DNA of 64,000 nt, from positions 359,505 to 423,504 of the forward strand of contig JAHDYR010000015.1 of assembly GCA_019828565.1 (NCBI GenBank), given 5' to 3'. This stretch comes from Carpediemonas membranifera BICM (taxonomy: Eukaryota > Protista > Fornicata). A program made the translations under genes and the position numbers. Below the pieces are notes generated by a model. The model did not search any database. It saw nothing but the letters and a program-made list of their open reading frames with translations, and was not told the origin of the DNA. This document shows, piece by piece, positions 35,801 through 47,736 of the stretch (the first letter of the stretch is position 1; each line of letters starts with the position of its first letter).

Positions 35801-36726
35801 GCGGTGGTGTGGAATTATGACTTCGAGTGCGACTTGGTGCGGCGTCGATGTTGGCGTTGACCCCGGAGCCGTCTGCGGTGCCTGCTCACCACCTCCACTG
35901 CCTCTGGGTGTTCCTCGAGATACTTATCGAGGGCGGCGAGCTGGTCGAGATCGAGGTTGTATCGCTCGACGGTGTGGTTTGGAAGAGAAAGAGTTTACGA
36001 GTAAAAAGAGGTTTGGACCCTCCCAGGGATATTGGTAGATATTAATACTGACTACACTTCCCCCCCATGGCCAAGCAGTCGCGCGGCCATCACCACAACC
36101 AACATCTGGTATTACGTGGGGCTAGAGCCACCAATCGAACTTGGGATTACGCTCGCTCATGCCGAACCACTATTGGAATTATCGACGGGATAACGACAAC
36201 CAACTTCTGGGATTACGTCTTATTGCAACCTCCAGGTGAGGTATTATGCGTAGTAAGGTGTGACCGAAAGATTCGAGGATGATATCAAAAAGATTCGGAA
36301 AAGATCTATGCAGCGCTGCTAATTAAGATATGGGTTCAGGAGCTCCTGTATAAGTATAAAAAGGACGTACCACAGCCCCGCCCCCTCGCGGGCACTCTGG
36401 GGCTCGCGCTCGACTCGGGAATTCTGGCCCCGAGCATTTTTAGGCATTTCGCCATCGCTCATACAGAAAGTTCTGGTACGTTGGGCTGATCCGCCCCATT
36501 CTTACACAGTGCCCGAAAAAGGGGTTTTCGAGCCCCAATTCGGCTTCGTTGGCGAGTTCTGACTCTTTTTGTTCTGCGCTGTACCGAAAGTTAACCAACA
36601 TCATAAGCACTGCTCCACGGACGGTAGAAGTCTCGTGGACTGTGTTTGAGATATAAATATTGTGAATAGTCCGTCATGGGGATCACTATGGGCACTTCCA
36701 TTCGTCATTTGGGAAAAGTGCAGGAT

Positions 36727-37847
36727 ATGTCGCTTTTTCCTGAGGAAAAGCGGCCAAACATGGCGGATACGCGTGCGCTCGACCAAATTCGTGAGCTTTC
36801 GATGGAGTTAACTGATGACGATTATCGCAAGGTGCTCGAAAATGCCCTTGCGACGATTGCTCGGACGCAACGCTATAAGGCCCGCACGATGAGCGCCCTG
36901 CAGAAGAGGGCCATCCGCAAGAGCGGCGGGAATGCCTCCCAGATGCCCATGATGCGGTTTGTGCGCCTCTATTCTTCTTACCTAGGATCTTCACCGTGCC
37001 GGCAACTTCCGCTCGGGAGCTCTGCCGTGTGCCGGTGGGGGGTGTGATGGAGGGGTGCTTCACGAAGCAGGCAGACCAGCTCGCCGATGTGGTTCGACGG
37101 TGCTTGGCTGGCTACGTTAACTTCGTTGAGGTGCCCCTCGAGGGGATCTTCGATCACCTCTCCACCGGCACGCTGTGGAGCAAGGACGCAGGCGGCTTGC
37201 TCGATCTGTCAGCCGGCCTGCTGGTCCAGCTCCAGCGAGAGCATCGTGCGCTCCGCTTCCTGCGGGAGGCGTCTCGCAGCCGTGCCGAAACCGACTCCGG
37301 CATAGTCCGCGACGCCGTTGACGCCGGCGTTTTCGATCTCAAGGGCAACGGCTCAAACAGGTACGTCACCCCGGAGACCCTGTTCTCGCTCTCCCGCGCT
37401 CTCGGCTGCGGCCAGAGCCTGGCCCGCCGCACCCTGTACCGGGTCGCCGTCTTGGCCCTCGCCCCAGACTACTACCGCTTGTTCCTCCACGGGGAGCGTA
37501 GCGAGAACGTCTCAGTCACCGCCACTCACTGGGCCGCCCTGGTCGCTAACCTCCGCGCCATGGACGAGCTTCCGTCCCTGCCGGAGCGGCTCGGTCTGGC
37601 CATGCAGGTCTCTGACCCTGAGCGCGAGTACGAGGTCCTTGACGTGCTGGGTCACGAGATCCTGACGGCTGGATCCGACCGCCGACTCATTCTTCACGTT
37701 CAGTACGCGGGCTACACTGCCCCTACCTGCACTGGTCTGGACGAGACCCTCGCTGCCGTCAGCGTGGCTCGCGAGTATCTGATCGACTTTGAGCTCGAGG
37801 ACTGGATCAAGGGCCCTGACGACGAGTCCGATGACGACTACCAATAA
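36727..37847 (+). CDS. LTR-11 antisense accessory gene, exons 36727-36956 and 36986-37847, ~363 aa
   Basis: 29-nt intron 36957-36985 (GTTTGT..TACCTAG) gives MMR|IFTVPATS in frame; AATAAA overlaps the stop. Confidence 0.78.
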
Positions 37848-37866
37848 ATCTTGATTGAGAATCCGT

Positions 37867-40800
37867 TTACTGCCTGGAGTGCGCAGCACGGTGTAGTTCT
37901 CTCTGCTCAAGAAAGTCCTCAAACTTGTCACAGCCATCGACATTCTCGAATGGCTCCCACGAAGCTTCGTCCGGCTCATAGCCCAGCCACTCAACCAAGT
38001 ATTCGCGATTCTCGACCGGACCGGAGTCGGGCCGGGACTTCACAATCTTGCTCGGTACGTACTCGGCCGCCACTGTGTTAGCCAAGCGAGCAACTTGCTC
38101 CAAGGACATGTCGCCGTGATCGAATGGGAGGACCCGGGAGGCGTCGACTCGGAACTGCTTCAGTGATTCAAGGTCTCGCACAGTGTATGCAACAACTTTG
38201 TTGTACTCCTGGTGCACAGACACTAACGCCATTGGGCCACGCAGCCCGGCGGCGAATTTGTCGGGAGGTCTGTCGGGGTAAGCCACCAGGACGTAGGGAG
38301 TCGAGACAGTAGCGCGGGTGTCCGGCCTATACTGTTGTAGTAACCGCTTGCTCTTAATGCGCTCGGCAGCCATGAGCCGGTACGCCTTGGCCTCGGACAG
38401 CCAGTCCTCTTGCTGGTCAACGATATACGTCTCACCCGGCGCGATAACGGTAATGTCCTTTGGCACTCGCATCTCGGTGCCATACAGGATCTCGGCTGGG
38501 GAGAGTCGAGTAGGGACTCGAGGGGTCGAGTTAACAAGGTATTGGGCAATCGGTAAGCTGTGGACCCAATCATTGGATCTAAACTGGTAACGACGTGCTG
38601 TCAGGATGGACTTAACCGACACATTCGCTCGCTCTACTAACCCATTCGACTGGGGATGATGAGCCGTCGTCTTTCTCGTTGTAAACCCGAGTCGGGCACT
38701 CAGGTCGTTAAAGACTGCGTTGACGAACTGGGATCCTCCATCCGTCTGCAGTACCTTCGGTACGCCGTATCGGAGGACCCAGTTATTGACAAACGCCCTG
38801 GACGTCTCGACCGCTCGGGTAGTCTGGAGCGGGACAAGCTCAGTCCAACGTGAGCACATGTCTATGACGACGAGGATATACTTATAGGTCGTGCCGTCGA
38901 CCGTGCACGAGGTAGCGGACATAGTGTCCATGGCCACTCGGTCGAAGGGGTGCTCGACCGCGGTGTGCAAACCCGCATCGGAAGAGGCCGGGGGCTTACG
39001 CCTTAACTGGCATATTGGGCACTTGGCGATATAGTCGTCCACGTCCTTCTGGCGGACACGTACGCCCCAGTCTCGAAGAAGGTTCTTGGTCGCCCAGGCG
39101 GACAAGTGAGCCCCGGCGAAGTGATGCGCCTTCTGCAGCCTGTCCGCGACTTGGGTATCGAGGGTGTTAGCGAACACGCGAGAAAGGCCATCTGCTGCCC
39201 CGTTGTCAACACCCGGAACGTGACGTATGGTGAAATCGAGGTCAGCTAGTTGGTCGTACCATCTACGGACCTTGGGGTTGATGGACTTGGCCATGAACAG
39301 CAGGTTGCGGTGATCAGTACGGATGGTAAAGTGCGTCCACGAGAGGAATTTCCGCCAACGCTGGACGGCCAGGATGATTGCGTAGGCTTCCTGCTCTGTG
39401 GTACTCCACCTAGTCTGGACCGCGGAGAATGCGTGGGACATGAAAGCGATCGGCTGCCCGTCCTGTAGTAATACGGCGCCGCATCCCACGTCTGAGGCAT
39501 CGGTCATGAGGACATGTGTCGCGTCCGTCTTGAAGTGAACGAGGGAGACCCGCTTAAGGAGCTCGGCGATAACGTCGCCCAGGGCCGCTTGCTGACCCGG
39601 CCCACCGGGTTCGGCCTTGCCAGCCGACACCTGCAACAGAGGATGAGCTCGGGACGCGAAGTTGGGCACGAAGTCACGGAAATAATTGAGGAAACCGACG
39701 AGTGCCTGTGCGGACCGCTTGCTGGTCGGTAGTTTCAGCTTCTTAATGTCGTCGATGCGGTCTTCGGCAATCCTCACGGTGTCTCCGGACACGAGTCGAC
39801 CCAGGAACTCGACCTCAGCCGCGGCGAAGACGCACTTATCGCGACCTAGGTGTAGGTCATACTCTTGGCAACGTTTCAGGACGTCCCATAGGTTCCTTAT
39901 GTAGGAAGGCTCGTCCCGACCCATGACAATAATGTCATCGATGTAAATAAGGCACTTCCCTGCCGAGATCAGGTCGGAGAAAGCCTGCTCCATGGCCCAC
40001 TGGAAATGAGAACCAGCGTTACGCAGACCAAAGGGCATAGTCGTGTACTCAAACCGTCCAAGGGGGAGTCCCGAAGGCGGTCAGAGGACGAGAACGGTCC
40101 GTCAGTGCCACCTGATGGTAGCCGGCCTTGCAGTCGAGCGTAGCAAAGATGGTATTACCCCTAAGCCTAGCAAGGCAATCCTCTATGATCGGGATAGGGT
40201 AGTTGAACGGGGGAGTCTTCGCGTTGACCAAACGGAAGTCGATAACGAACCGGGTACGGTCCTTCCCCTTTGGGACCAAGAATGCCGGTGAGGAGTAAGC
40301 CGATGCTGATGGCTGGATGAAGCCATGTCGGGACAGGTCGTCAAGGTGTTCCTGGAGAAGTGTCTTCTTCTCCGGCGGCATGAAGAACTCGCGGCTAAAG
40401 ACGGGTTCATCATCAGACAAGACTAGATCGTAAGGGATGAGCTTACTCGGACGCCCTACTCTGTCCTCGAACAGGCCGACAAACCGCGCGAGCAGTCTGT
40501 CCTGAAGGGAAGACGACTTGTCAGACAAGGTGAATAGGCTCAACTTCTGGGGAGTAATGACCGTTGAGACGTCTTCAGCCTGCTCGGCGTCATTGGCGTC
40601 AGACTCCTCGCAGTCGTCAATCTGAGGAAGGATCCCCAGGGTGACCATATCAGGGTACCCAATGATTAGATCGTACTCTGAGGGTAGGAGGTACGCACGA
40701 GTAGTAAAGGTGCACCCACGGGGGACCAGAGCTGATTTGGCAAAGGTTACTTCGGTGGAAATAGTCTGGTCGACTGTGATGACTCCAGCCGGTGTCGTCA

Positions 40801-41909
40801 CCTCGACCGGGTCACAATGCAGGATCTTTTCGCCGGACCTCTCGGCCACTTGCGGCGATATGAAGGTTGCTGACGCGCCACAGTCGAACAACATCGACTC
40901 TGCGCTGGTCCTGTATATGGATCCTGACACAATCGGAAGAGCCTGCGCTCTGCGTTTGCTAGACGCCGCGAAACAAGACAAATAAGAATAGTTCTGGACC
41001 TTTATACGGTCACAGAACTCTCTCTTGTGGCCCTCGCGCCCGCACTTCTCACACTTGGACTTGGGCTTCCGGCACTCGGGGCTGAAATGGCCCTTGCCCC
41101 CCGCAGTTGTAACAGGTTGGGGTCGTGCTGGTAGGGCGAGCCCGATCGCGGGACCGCTTGTCCGGGCGGTGATGGTCATGCGGGCGGTCACGACGGTCGT
41201 AGGGGCGGTCTCGGCGGTCATCTCGGCGGTCACGACGGTCGCGCTGGTTACGGCTCTGGCCGCGTTGCGGATGGGCGCCTGGCACGGGCGCTGTCGGACG
41301 GCGCGACTGATCGGAGCGGATCGCCTCGGTGAACGGAGCAAGGTACTCAGCCGACTCGGCTACGTCGCGTGCCGTCTTCATGGTGTATTGCTGGGTCTCC
41401 GCCAGTGAGCAACCCTCAGTCTGCTCCTTCAGTCTGTAGTAGAGGGATTGGCCCTTCACAGCAAAGGCCCGCAAGTAGGCTTCACGAATGGTGTCATCCT
41501 CGTCCATGTTAAGGCACTCCAACAAGGTGTTGAACTGCGAGTTGAGCTTCGACACCTCGAGCGGCGTGAACGCCGCGATGCGCAGCCTGATAAGGTTCAG
41601 GCATTGTTCCTTTCTGGTGGGGCGCAAGGCAGCGGCGAGTCGCTGCATGATGATCTTCTCTCTGAGCTTGCGTGATGAAGTGGAAGGTTCGTCGTCATGT
41701 TGGTCACCCTGAGGAAGCGGAACCTCCTCTAGGGTCTCTAAGCCTAGCACTTGTGATGCATAGGACTGGATCTCCGGGCTTATAAGCTTGCGGAGCTTCG
41801 CCTTACCTCCTCTAGCCTTAAAGTCACGCAGTGACGTCGTAAAAGCTACGAAAGCGCTGAATGTTGCCTCTTTCAGGAGCGGCGCTTGTTTTTTCTGTTC
41901 TCTACCCAT
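37867..41909 (-). CDS. gag-pol: LTR-11 gag-pol with two homopolymer frameshifts (~41100, ~40063)
   Basis: ORFs 41049-41909, 40049-41341 and 37867-40038 are colinear with the LTR-5 polyprotein. Confidence 0.9.
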
Positions 41910-41914
41910 AGGTA

Positions 41915-41926
41915 AGTACTAGTACT
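41915..41926. promoter_or_regulatory. Palindrome at PBS position, LTR-11
   Basis: AGTACTAGTACT. Confidence 0.8.
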
Positions 41927-42009
41927 GTGGTTTGGAAGAGAAAGAGTTTACGAGTAAAAAGAGGTTTGGACCCTCCCAGGGATATTGGTAGATATTAATA
42001 CTGACTACA

Positions 42010-45000
42010 ACGGTAGCTTCCTCGGGCTCGTAGCCGCTCCACTCGATGGTGAGATAGAGCTCGCCCTTGGTCTCGTTCATGTCTCGGATCCTGTCCACGA
42101 TGAACTCGCCAGTCTGTCTCGTGGCGTAGTCTGTGAGCGCGTCTCTTGGGAGGTTCGTCTGGAACGGCGTGAGGCGGTCCGCATGCACCGTAAATGTGGC
42201 CAGTGACACCAGGTCTTGGAGTTCGACCGTGTCGCGGACATTGCCTGCCCCCACGACCAACAGGGGGCCGCGTACTCTGCGGTCCAGCTTAGAAGGCCTG
42301 TTGGTCGGATGAAGGAGGACATAATCGTCTGGTTGGTACTTGTGACCGGTCGCTGGGCGTTGGCGTTGCTGGGCGGCCAACATTTCCTCCTGTATGGCGT
42401 GCCATTTGCGTATGTCTTCGTTGAACTGCACCACCTCCTGCACGAGTTGTTCGTCCTCGATGAGCGTGGACGGATCTACCGGGCTGAAGTTGGCGTTGAA
42501 TAAGAGTTTCAACGGGGAGAGCTTGCTGCGGGTGTTGGGCGTGCTATTCAGGATATGAGTGACAGCGGGGATCAGCTTTGGCCAGTTTGTCTGTTCCTCA
42601 CGTGCGTCAAAGAGTAACGCGCGCATGTATTTGATAATTTCGGCGTTCTGTCGTTCAACTATGCCGTTGGCGGCTGGATGATATGGTGCGGAAAAACGAT
42701 GATCGATGTGGAGGCGATCGTGAAGCGCGTGGATCGTGCGAGCAGTAAACTGGGAGGCGTTATCTGACTGGATCTCCTTGGGTCGACCAAAGTGGGCTGA
42801 CCAGTCAATTATTGCATCAGCGGCCTCTCGGGCCGAGCATGTTGTGGTTGGGTACAGTTTGGTGTACTTGGAAAAGGTATCTATGAGGACGAGGATGTAT
42901 GCCTCACCGGTCGTGGCGCGAGGTAGTGGGCCTAGGGTGTCCATTTGTATCCTCTCGAACGGGGCGTGGGCCGCGGTTCGACCTTGGCTCGTCTGTGGTG
43001 GGCAGGCGGGGTTTGTGATCTGGCAAGTGGGACAGGAGGCGATGACACGACGGGTGTCAGCTACCATGCCGCGCCAGTGATGTCCCGCCTCGCGTAGGCG
43101 TTCCACGACTGTCTTGTAGCTTAGGTGGCCCTCCATGGCGCCGTGTGTCTGCATGATGAGCTCATCTCGCTCTTGGGGAAGCAGATCAACAGCAAGTAGA
43201 CGGCTGAGGGCATCTGCTGCTCCATTGTCTGTGCCGGCGACGTGTACGACGTCGAAGTCGTAGGTCTGTAGCTGAAGTCTCCAACGTTGGACTTTGGGGC
43301 TGGTGGCAGTCGAGATGAACACCAGATTCCGATGATCGGTGTGGAGTGTAAATTTCCGACCGCGTAGGAAGTGTTGGGCCTTGGCTATTGCCGAGATGAT
43401 GGCGTAACCTTCTTGGTCATAAGTCGACCAGCGGCGTTGGACCGGGGTCAGTGTCTTGGAGAAGTAGGACACGACCCTCATGTCGGAGCCTGTCCCTGTC
43501 GTGAGTACGGCGCCGACGCCTATGTCACTGGCGTCGGTATAAAGGTGGAGAGGTTCACCAGGGCGAGGGTGAGCGAGCACTGAGCCGCTCAGGAGTGTCG
43601 CTTTGATTGCCTCCAGAGCCTCGTTGTGCTCCGAGTCCCACCGCCACGCGACGCCAGACCGCGTGAGCGCAAGGATTGGCTCAGCCGTTTCCGCGAAGCT
43701 CGGAATCATCGGCCTGAAATAGTTGACGAGGGCAAGCAAGCTCCGGGCCTCTGAGACGTTGCTTGGGGCCTTCAGAATGCGGATCGGGTCCAAGCGGTCT
43801 TCACTGATGGACTTGCCCTCGGCGGAAACATGCCAGCCGAGGTAATCGATGCTGCGGGCTGCAAGGATCGTCTTTCTAGGGTTGATGCGGAGGCCGGCGG
43901 CGTCGAGCCGCTCAAGGACGTCCGACAAGTTCTGCAAGAAGCTTTCCTTGTCCTCACCAAAGACGACGACGTCGTCGATGTAGACAAGGGCTTGGATGTA
44001 CAGAGAGGGCCCTAGTACCTCTTCCAGGCAGCGTTGGCAGTGAATGGCGGCGTTGCGCAAACCGAATGGCATGCGCAGGTACTCGTACTTGCGTCCTGCC
44101 GCGACGAACGCGGTGATTGCACGGGCACGAGGAGTAAGCGGAATTTGAAGAAAGGCCTTGGAGAGGTCAATGGCTGCGAAAAACTGCTTGCCCTCTAGTG
44201 TCCCGATGAGATCGTCGATTAACGGTAGGGGGTGGTCGTCGGGCCGAGTGATGTCGTTGACTCGTCGAAAGTCTAAACACAGCCTGATCGTTCCGTCCCG
44301 TTTGGTGACTGCCACTATGGGACTGTTGTAGTGACTCTCTGAGAGTTGGATAATGCCCAACTCCTCTTGCTCGGACGTTTGGCGTCTGATCTCCTCGAGT
44401 ACCGCGTCTGAGTATCGGTACGGTGGACAATTGGTCGTTGAACCGTCCTCCAGTTCGATATCAAACGGGGTTACGCGTGCTGGCGTGGCTGTCAGACCTC
44501 CAAACAGATCTGGGAGTCGTTTGCGGATCGCGTCGATCTCCGCTGTCAGTTCGGGGACCAGGCATTGGGGTTCTACCTGGTCATCGGTCACTGCGACGTT
44601 GAGATCCACGTCTATCTCACTGTCGGTATCGGAAACGTCATCTGGCTCGCCTAAAGCGAACCTGACAACGCCTAGCTCGTTAAGTAGGGGGTATCCCAGA
44701 ACAACAGGATATGGTAGTCGTTCTAGTACCAGACAAGGGGCCAACGCCGTGAGCTGGCGCCCTGAAGTAACACATCTCCCGAGGTCGAGCTCTAGAACGG
44801 CTTCTTCAGTGACGTTCACAATTTGTCCACTGCCGAACTGTACCTTGCGGGGAGAAATGCGTCGCGTAAGAATTGGTTTGAGCTGCTTCAAAAGCTCGCG
44901 ACTGATAAAGTTGGCTGTTGCACCGGTGTCGAAAAGCGCGCGGACACCTTGGACCCCTGGGATTGATACCTCGAAAACGGCCTGAGGCACCGGTTCTCCC

Positions 45001-45845
45001 GAATCCGAAGGGTTGATGGTTAACAGCTCAAAATAGGTGGCCCGTTTATTACGGGACTTAACCTTGTCCTTCTTGGCGAAGCAGCGGTCAGCAGTGTGAC
45101 CGCTCTTGCCACAGAACGAGCAGGTGACGACATCGGAGCGGGCCTGGCCCTTGCTGGGCCGCTCGGCGGCACGCAAGCGGTCACCCTCGCGAGTGACTTG
45201 CTCCACGTGACGGGCTTGTTCGATGGCAGCCCTGAAGGTGACGTCGAGGTTGCGGCGGTCCTGGTACGTGGTCACGCGGTCGCGCAAGCGCTCGGGCTGG
45301 ATATTCTGCACGAAGCAGCGCACGAGTTGCTTGTTTGAGGGGCGCACTTCGCCACAGTTTTCAAGCTGGGTCTGGTAAGCGTGTACGTACCGGAGGACGT
45401 TGTCATGGAGGGAGCCTCTGGACTGGCAAGTGATACGCTCGAAGCGATCCAGGGCTTCACGACGATCTAGCGGCTGGAACATGGCGTTAATCCTCTTGAG
45501 GATGTGAGAGGACTCTTGGTCGTCGGGGAATAGCGGCTGTTCAGCCACTTCGGGTTCCTGATCATCGTCGTCATCGTCGTCATCATCGTCTTCGTAGTCC
45601 TCGTCGTCGTCGTCAGCGTCCGCTGGGGCCTCGAGGGCTGGAAGATTGGCCGGTGCGGCCTCGAGGGTAGGATCCCGTAGGACGAAGATCTGCCACACGG
45701 TACGAGCGATCAAGTGCTTGATGGCGATCGTTCCACCCTTGGCGCGATAGGCATAGTAGGCCTCGCGGAATTCCTCCCACTCGCGTTGGGTGGTTTTGGT
45801 GAGGAATGGGGCAAGGAAAAGGTCAATTGATTGAAGCTGGTTCAT
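42010..45845 (-). CDS. gag-pol: LTR-10 gag-pol (main piece; last ~50 codons at 35815-35968)
   Basis: Acidic tract, CSFCGKSGHTADRC, FDTGA, YIDD, TDAS, integrase; chromodomain split by LTR-11 (EAT|VERYNLDLDQLAALDKYL). Confidence 0.9.
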
Positions 45846-45850
45846 GCTAG

Positions 45851-45862
45851 CAGTAATTACTG
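45851..45862. promoter_or_regulatory. Palindrome at PBS position, LTR-10
   Basis: CAGTAATTACTG. Confidence 0.8.
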
Positions 45863-46159
45863 TGGAACCAAAAAGGCTGGGAGAAGTGATTTTAATTCGA
45901 CACTTGGGTGTCGTCACGACTAAGCTTGACTAAAACACAATTATATAAATAGGGCGCGTATAGCGCCACAGCATGCAAAGTGCGAATTCTACACGGCACA
46001 TCGGGAGAGGCACTGAATAAAAGCATTGTATACACACCAAGATCCTCTAGCGACGAAATATCACGCTTGATCTTATTGCACGGCGGAATACTGCTCTCTC
46101 TCCTGATCATTAAGAACCTAACGTTCCTGCCCCCTAATCAACTGTCCGATAGCTACAAG

Positions 46160-46177
46160 ACAGTAATTAATTACTGT
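46160..46177. promoter_or_regulatory. Palindrome at PBS position, LTR-4 (copy at 51332-51349)
   Basis: ACAGTAATTAATTACTGT. Confidence 0.8.
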
Positions 46178-46922
46178 GGACGCGCAGGAGGACGAAAGGG
46201 AATGATCTGTTTACATAAACTGCACATTGACTCCTGAGGCACCACACCGACGCCCTGGCACTCCGCTATGATGTGGCTTTGTGTTCCTAGCGGTTGGTCT
46301 TCCAGCCACCCGGCTACTGCCACGAGCGCCTGCGCCTGGGGAGGGTAGAATTGGAGATAGTTGATCAGATCACGCTCGGCTGCGAGTGTGCATATCGGAC
46401 ATACTCTTTGAATGCAGTCGCAGAGCATCTCTTGCCCGGGGTACCTCCTGCTTATCATGAGCGCGGCTCCTCGGGTGGTGTGGCTGTTGCTTGCGGAGGG
46501 GAGTGTGTTGGAGGCTGTCGCGACCACCCTCTTCAGTTCCCTCCAGAGCATTATTTTCCCCCTGACAATTTTCGGCTTCTTAGGTGGTTTCCCGCCTGCC
46601 ATCGTCTGCATAGCTTCCGCTGCCAGCACTTCAGCGGCCGCCTTGGCTGTTCGGCTGCCTTTGGTAGCGATTTCACGTGCTGTCATCTTCCATACCCCGG
46701 CTATTGCTCTGGGTCTGGGTTCGTGGAGGTCGCTGTGGGCCAGTTTTAGTACGTCGTCCGCCCACTTATTCAGCTTCCCGATGACAGATTTGGGGTCCGC
46801 TCTTCCCCAGTCGAAGTCCGCTAGGGGCGATGGGCGGCCAGGGTCCCGGGCCGATTCGCGGATTCTAACCGCTCTTACACCCATGTCCGCTTCCCAGCAC
46901 ATCCATCCCATCATCAGGCGGG

Positions 46923-47717
46923 CACCACCCTCAGTCGAATGGTTTAGTTGAGCGAGCGAATGTTTCGGTGAAGTCCATCCTGACAGCGCGTCGTTACCAG
47001 TTTAGATCCAATGATTGGGTCCACAGCTTACCGATTGCTCAGTACCTTGTTAACTCGACCCCTCGAGTCCCTACTCGACTCTCCCCAGCCGAGATCCTGT
47101 ATGGTACCGAGATGCGGGTGCCGAAGGACATCACCTTCATCGCGCCGAGCGAGACATATATCGTCGACCAACAGGAGGACTGGCTGTCTGAGGCCAAGGC
47201 GTACCGGCTCATGGCTGCCGAGCGTATTAAGAGCAAGCGGTTACTACAACAGTATAGGCCGGACACCCGCGCTACTGTCTCGACTCCCTACGTCCTGGTG
47301 GCTTACCCCGACAGACCTCCCGACAAATTCGCCGCCGGGCTGCGTGGCCCAATGGCGTTAGTGTCTGTGCACCAGGAGTACAACAAAGTTGTTGCATACA
47401 CTGTGCGAGACCTTGAATCACTGAAGCAGTTCCGAGTCGACGCCTCCCGGGTCCTCCCATTCGATCACGGCGACATGTCCTTGGAGCAAGTTGCTCGCTT
47501 GGCTAACACAGTGGCGGCCGAGTACGTACCGAGCAAGATTGTGAAGTCCCGGCCCGAGTCTGGTCCGGTCGAGAGTCGCGAATACCTGGTCGAGTGGCAG
47601 GGCTATGAGCCAGACGAGGCGTCGTGGGAACCATTCGAGAATGTCGATGGCTGTGACAAGTTTGAAGACTTTCTTGAGCAGAGAGGCTTACACCGTGCTG
47701 CGCACTCCAGGCAGTAA
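46923..47717 (+). pseudogene. Duplicated LTR-5 integrase C-terminus/chromodomain fragment
   Basis: Protein identical to 30967-31716. Confidence 0.88.
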
Positions 47718-47736
47718 ACGGATTCTCAGTCAAGAT

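Larger units (their letters stand above)
35973..42009 (-). mobile_element. LTR-11: complete 6.0-kb element of the LTR-5 family with 84-bp LTRs
   Basis: LTRs 35973-36056 and 41926-42009; TSD ACGG; pol nearly identical to LTR-5. Confidence 0.95.
35144..45970 (-). mobile_element. LTR-10: ~4.8-kb element with 110-bp LTRs, hosting LTR-11
   Basis: LTRs 35144-35253 and 45861-45970; TSD GCATG; empty site visible in the duplicate at ~51143-51147. Confidence 0.95.
7493..46246 (-). mobile_element. LTR-4: non-autonomous ~2.0-kb LTR element with 72-bp LTRs, hosting LTR-5 and LTR-10
   Basis: LTRs 7493-7564 and 46175-46246 (extra copy 51347-51418); TSD CCGAC; PPT GTGGGGGTAG; no gag/pol in internal pieces 7565-7709, 33621-35143, 45976-46174. 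Confidence 0.85.

Noticed and set aside
40060-41105. Programmed ribosomal frameshifts in gag-pol (also ~3190, ~14620, ~25965, ~60610)
   Set aside because: They lie at non-equivalent positions, mostly in homopolymers, and sister element LTR-5 is open at the LTR-11 sites; likely sequencing error or decay
45846-45917. N-terminal MTTPKC.. and C-terminal VVSINIY.. of the 1332-aa ORF
   Set aside because: Both are translations of LTR sequence, not part of the polyprotein
7493-45970. Orientation bias (5-bp-TSD elements co-oriented with host, 4-bp-TSD mostly opposite)
   Set aside because: Only about ten events and LTR-11 breaks the pattern; not significant
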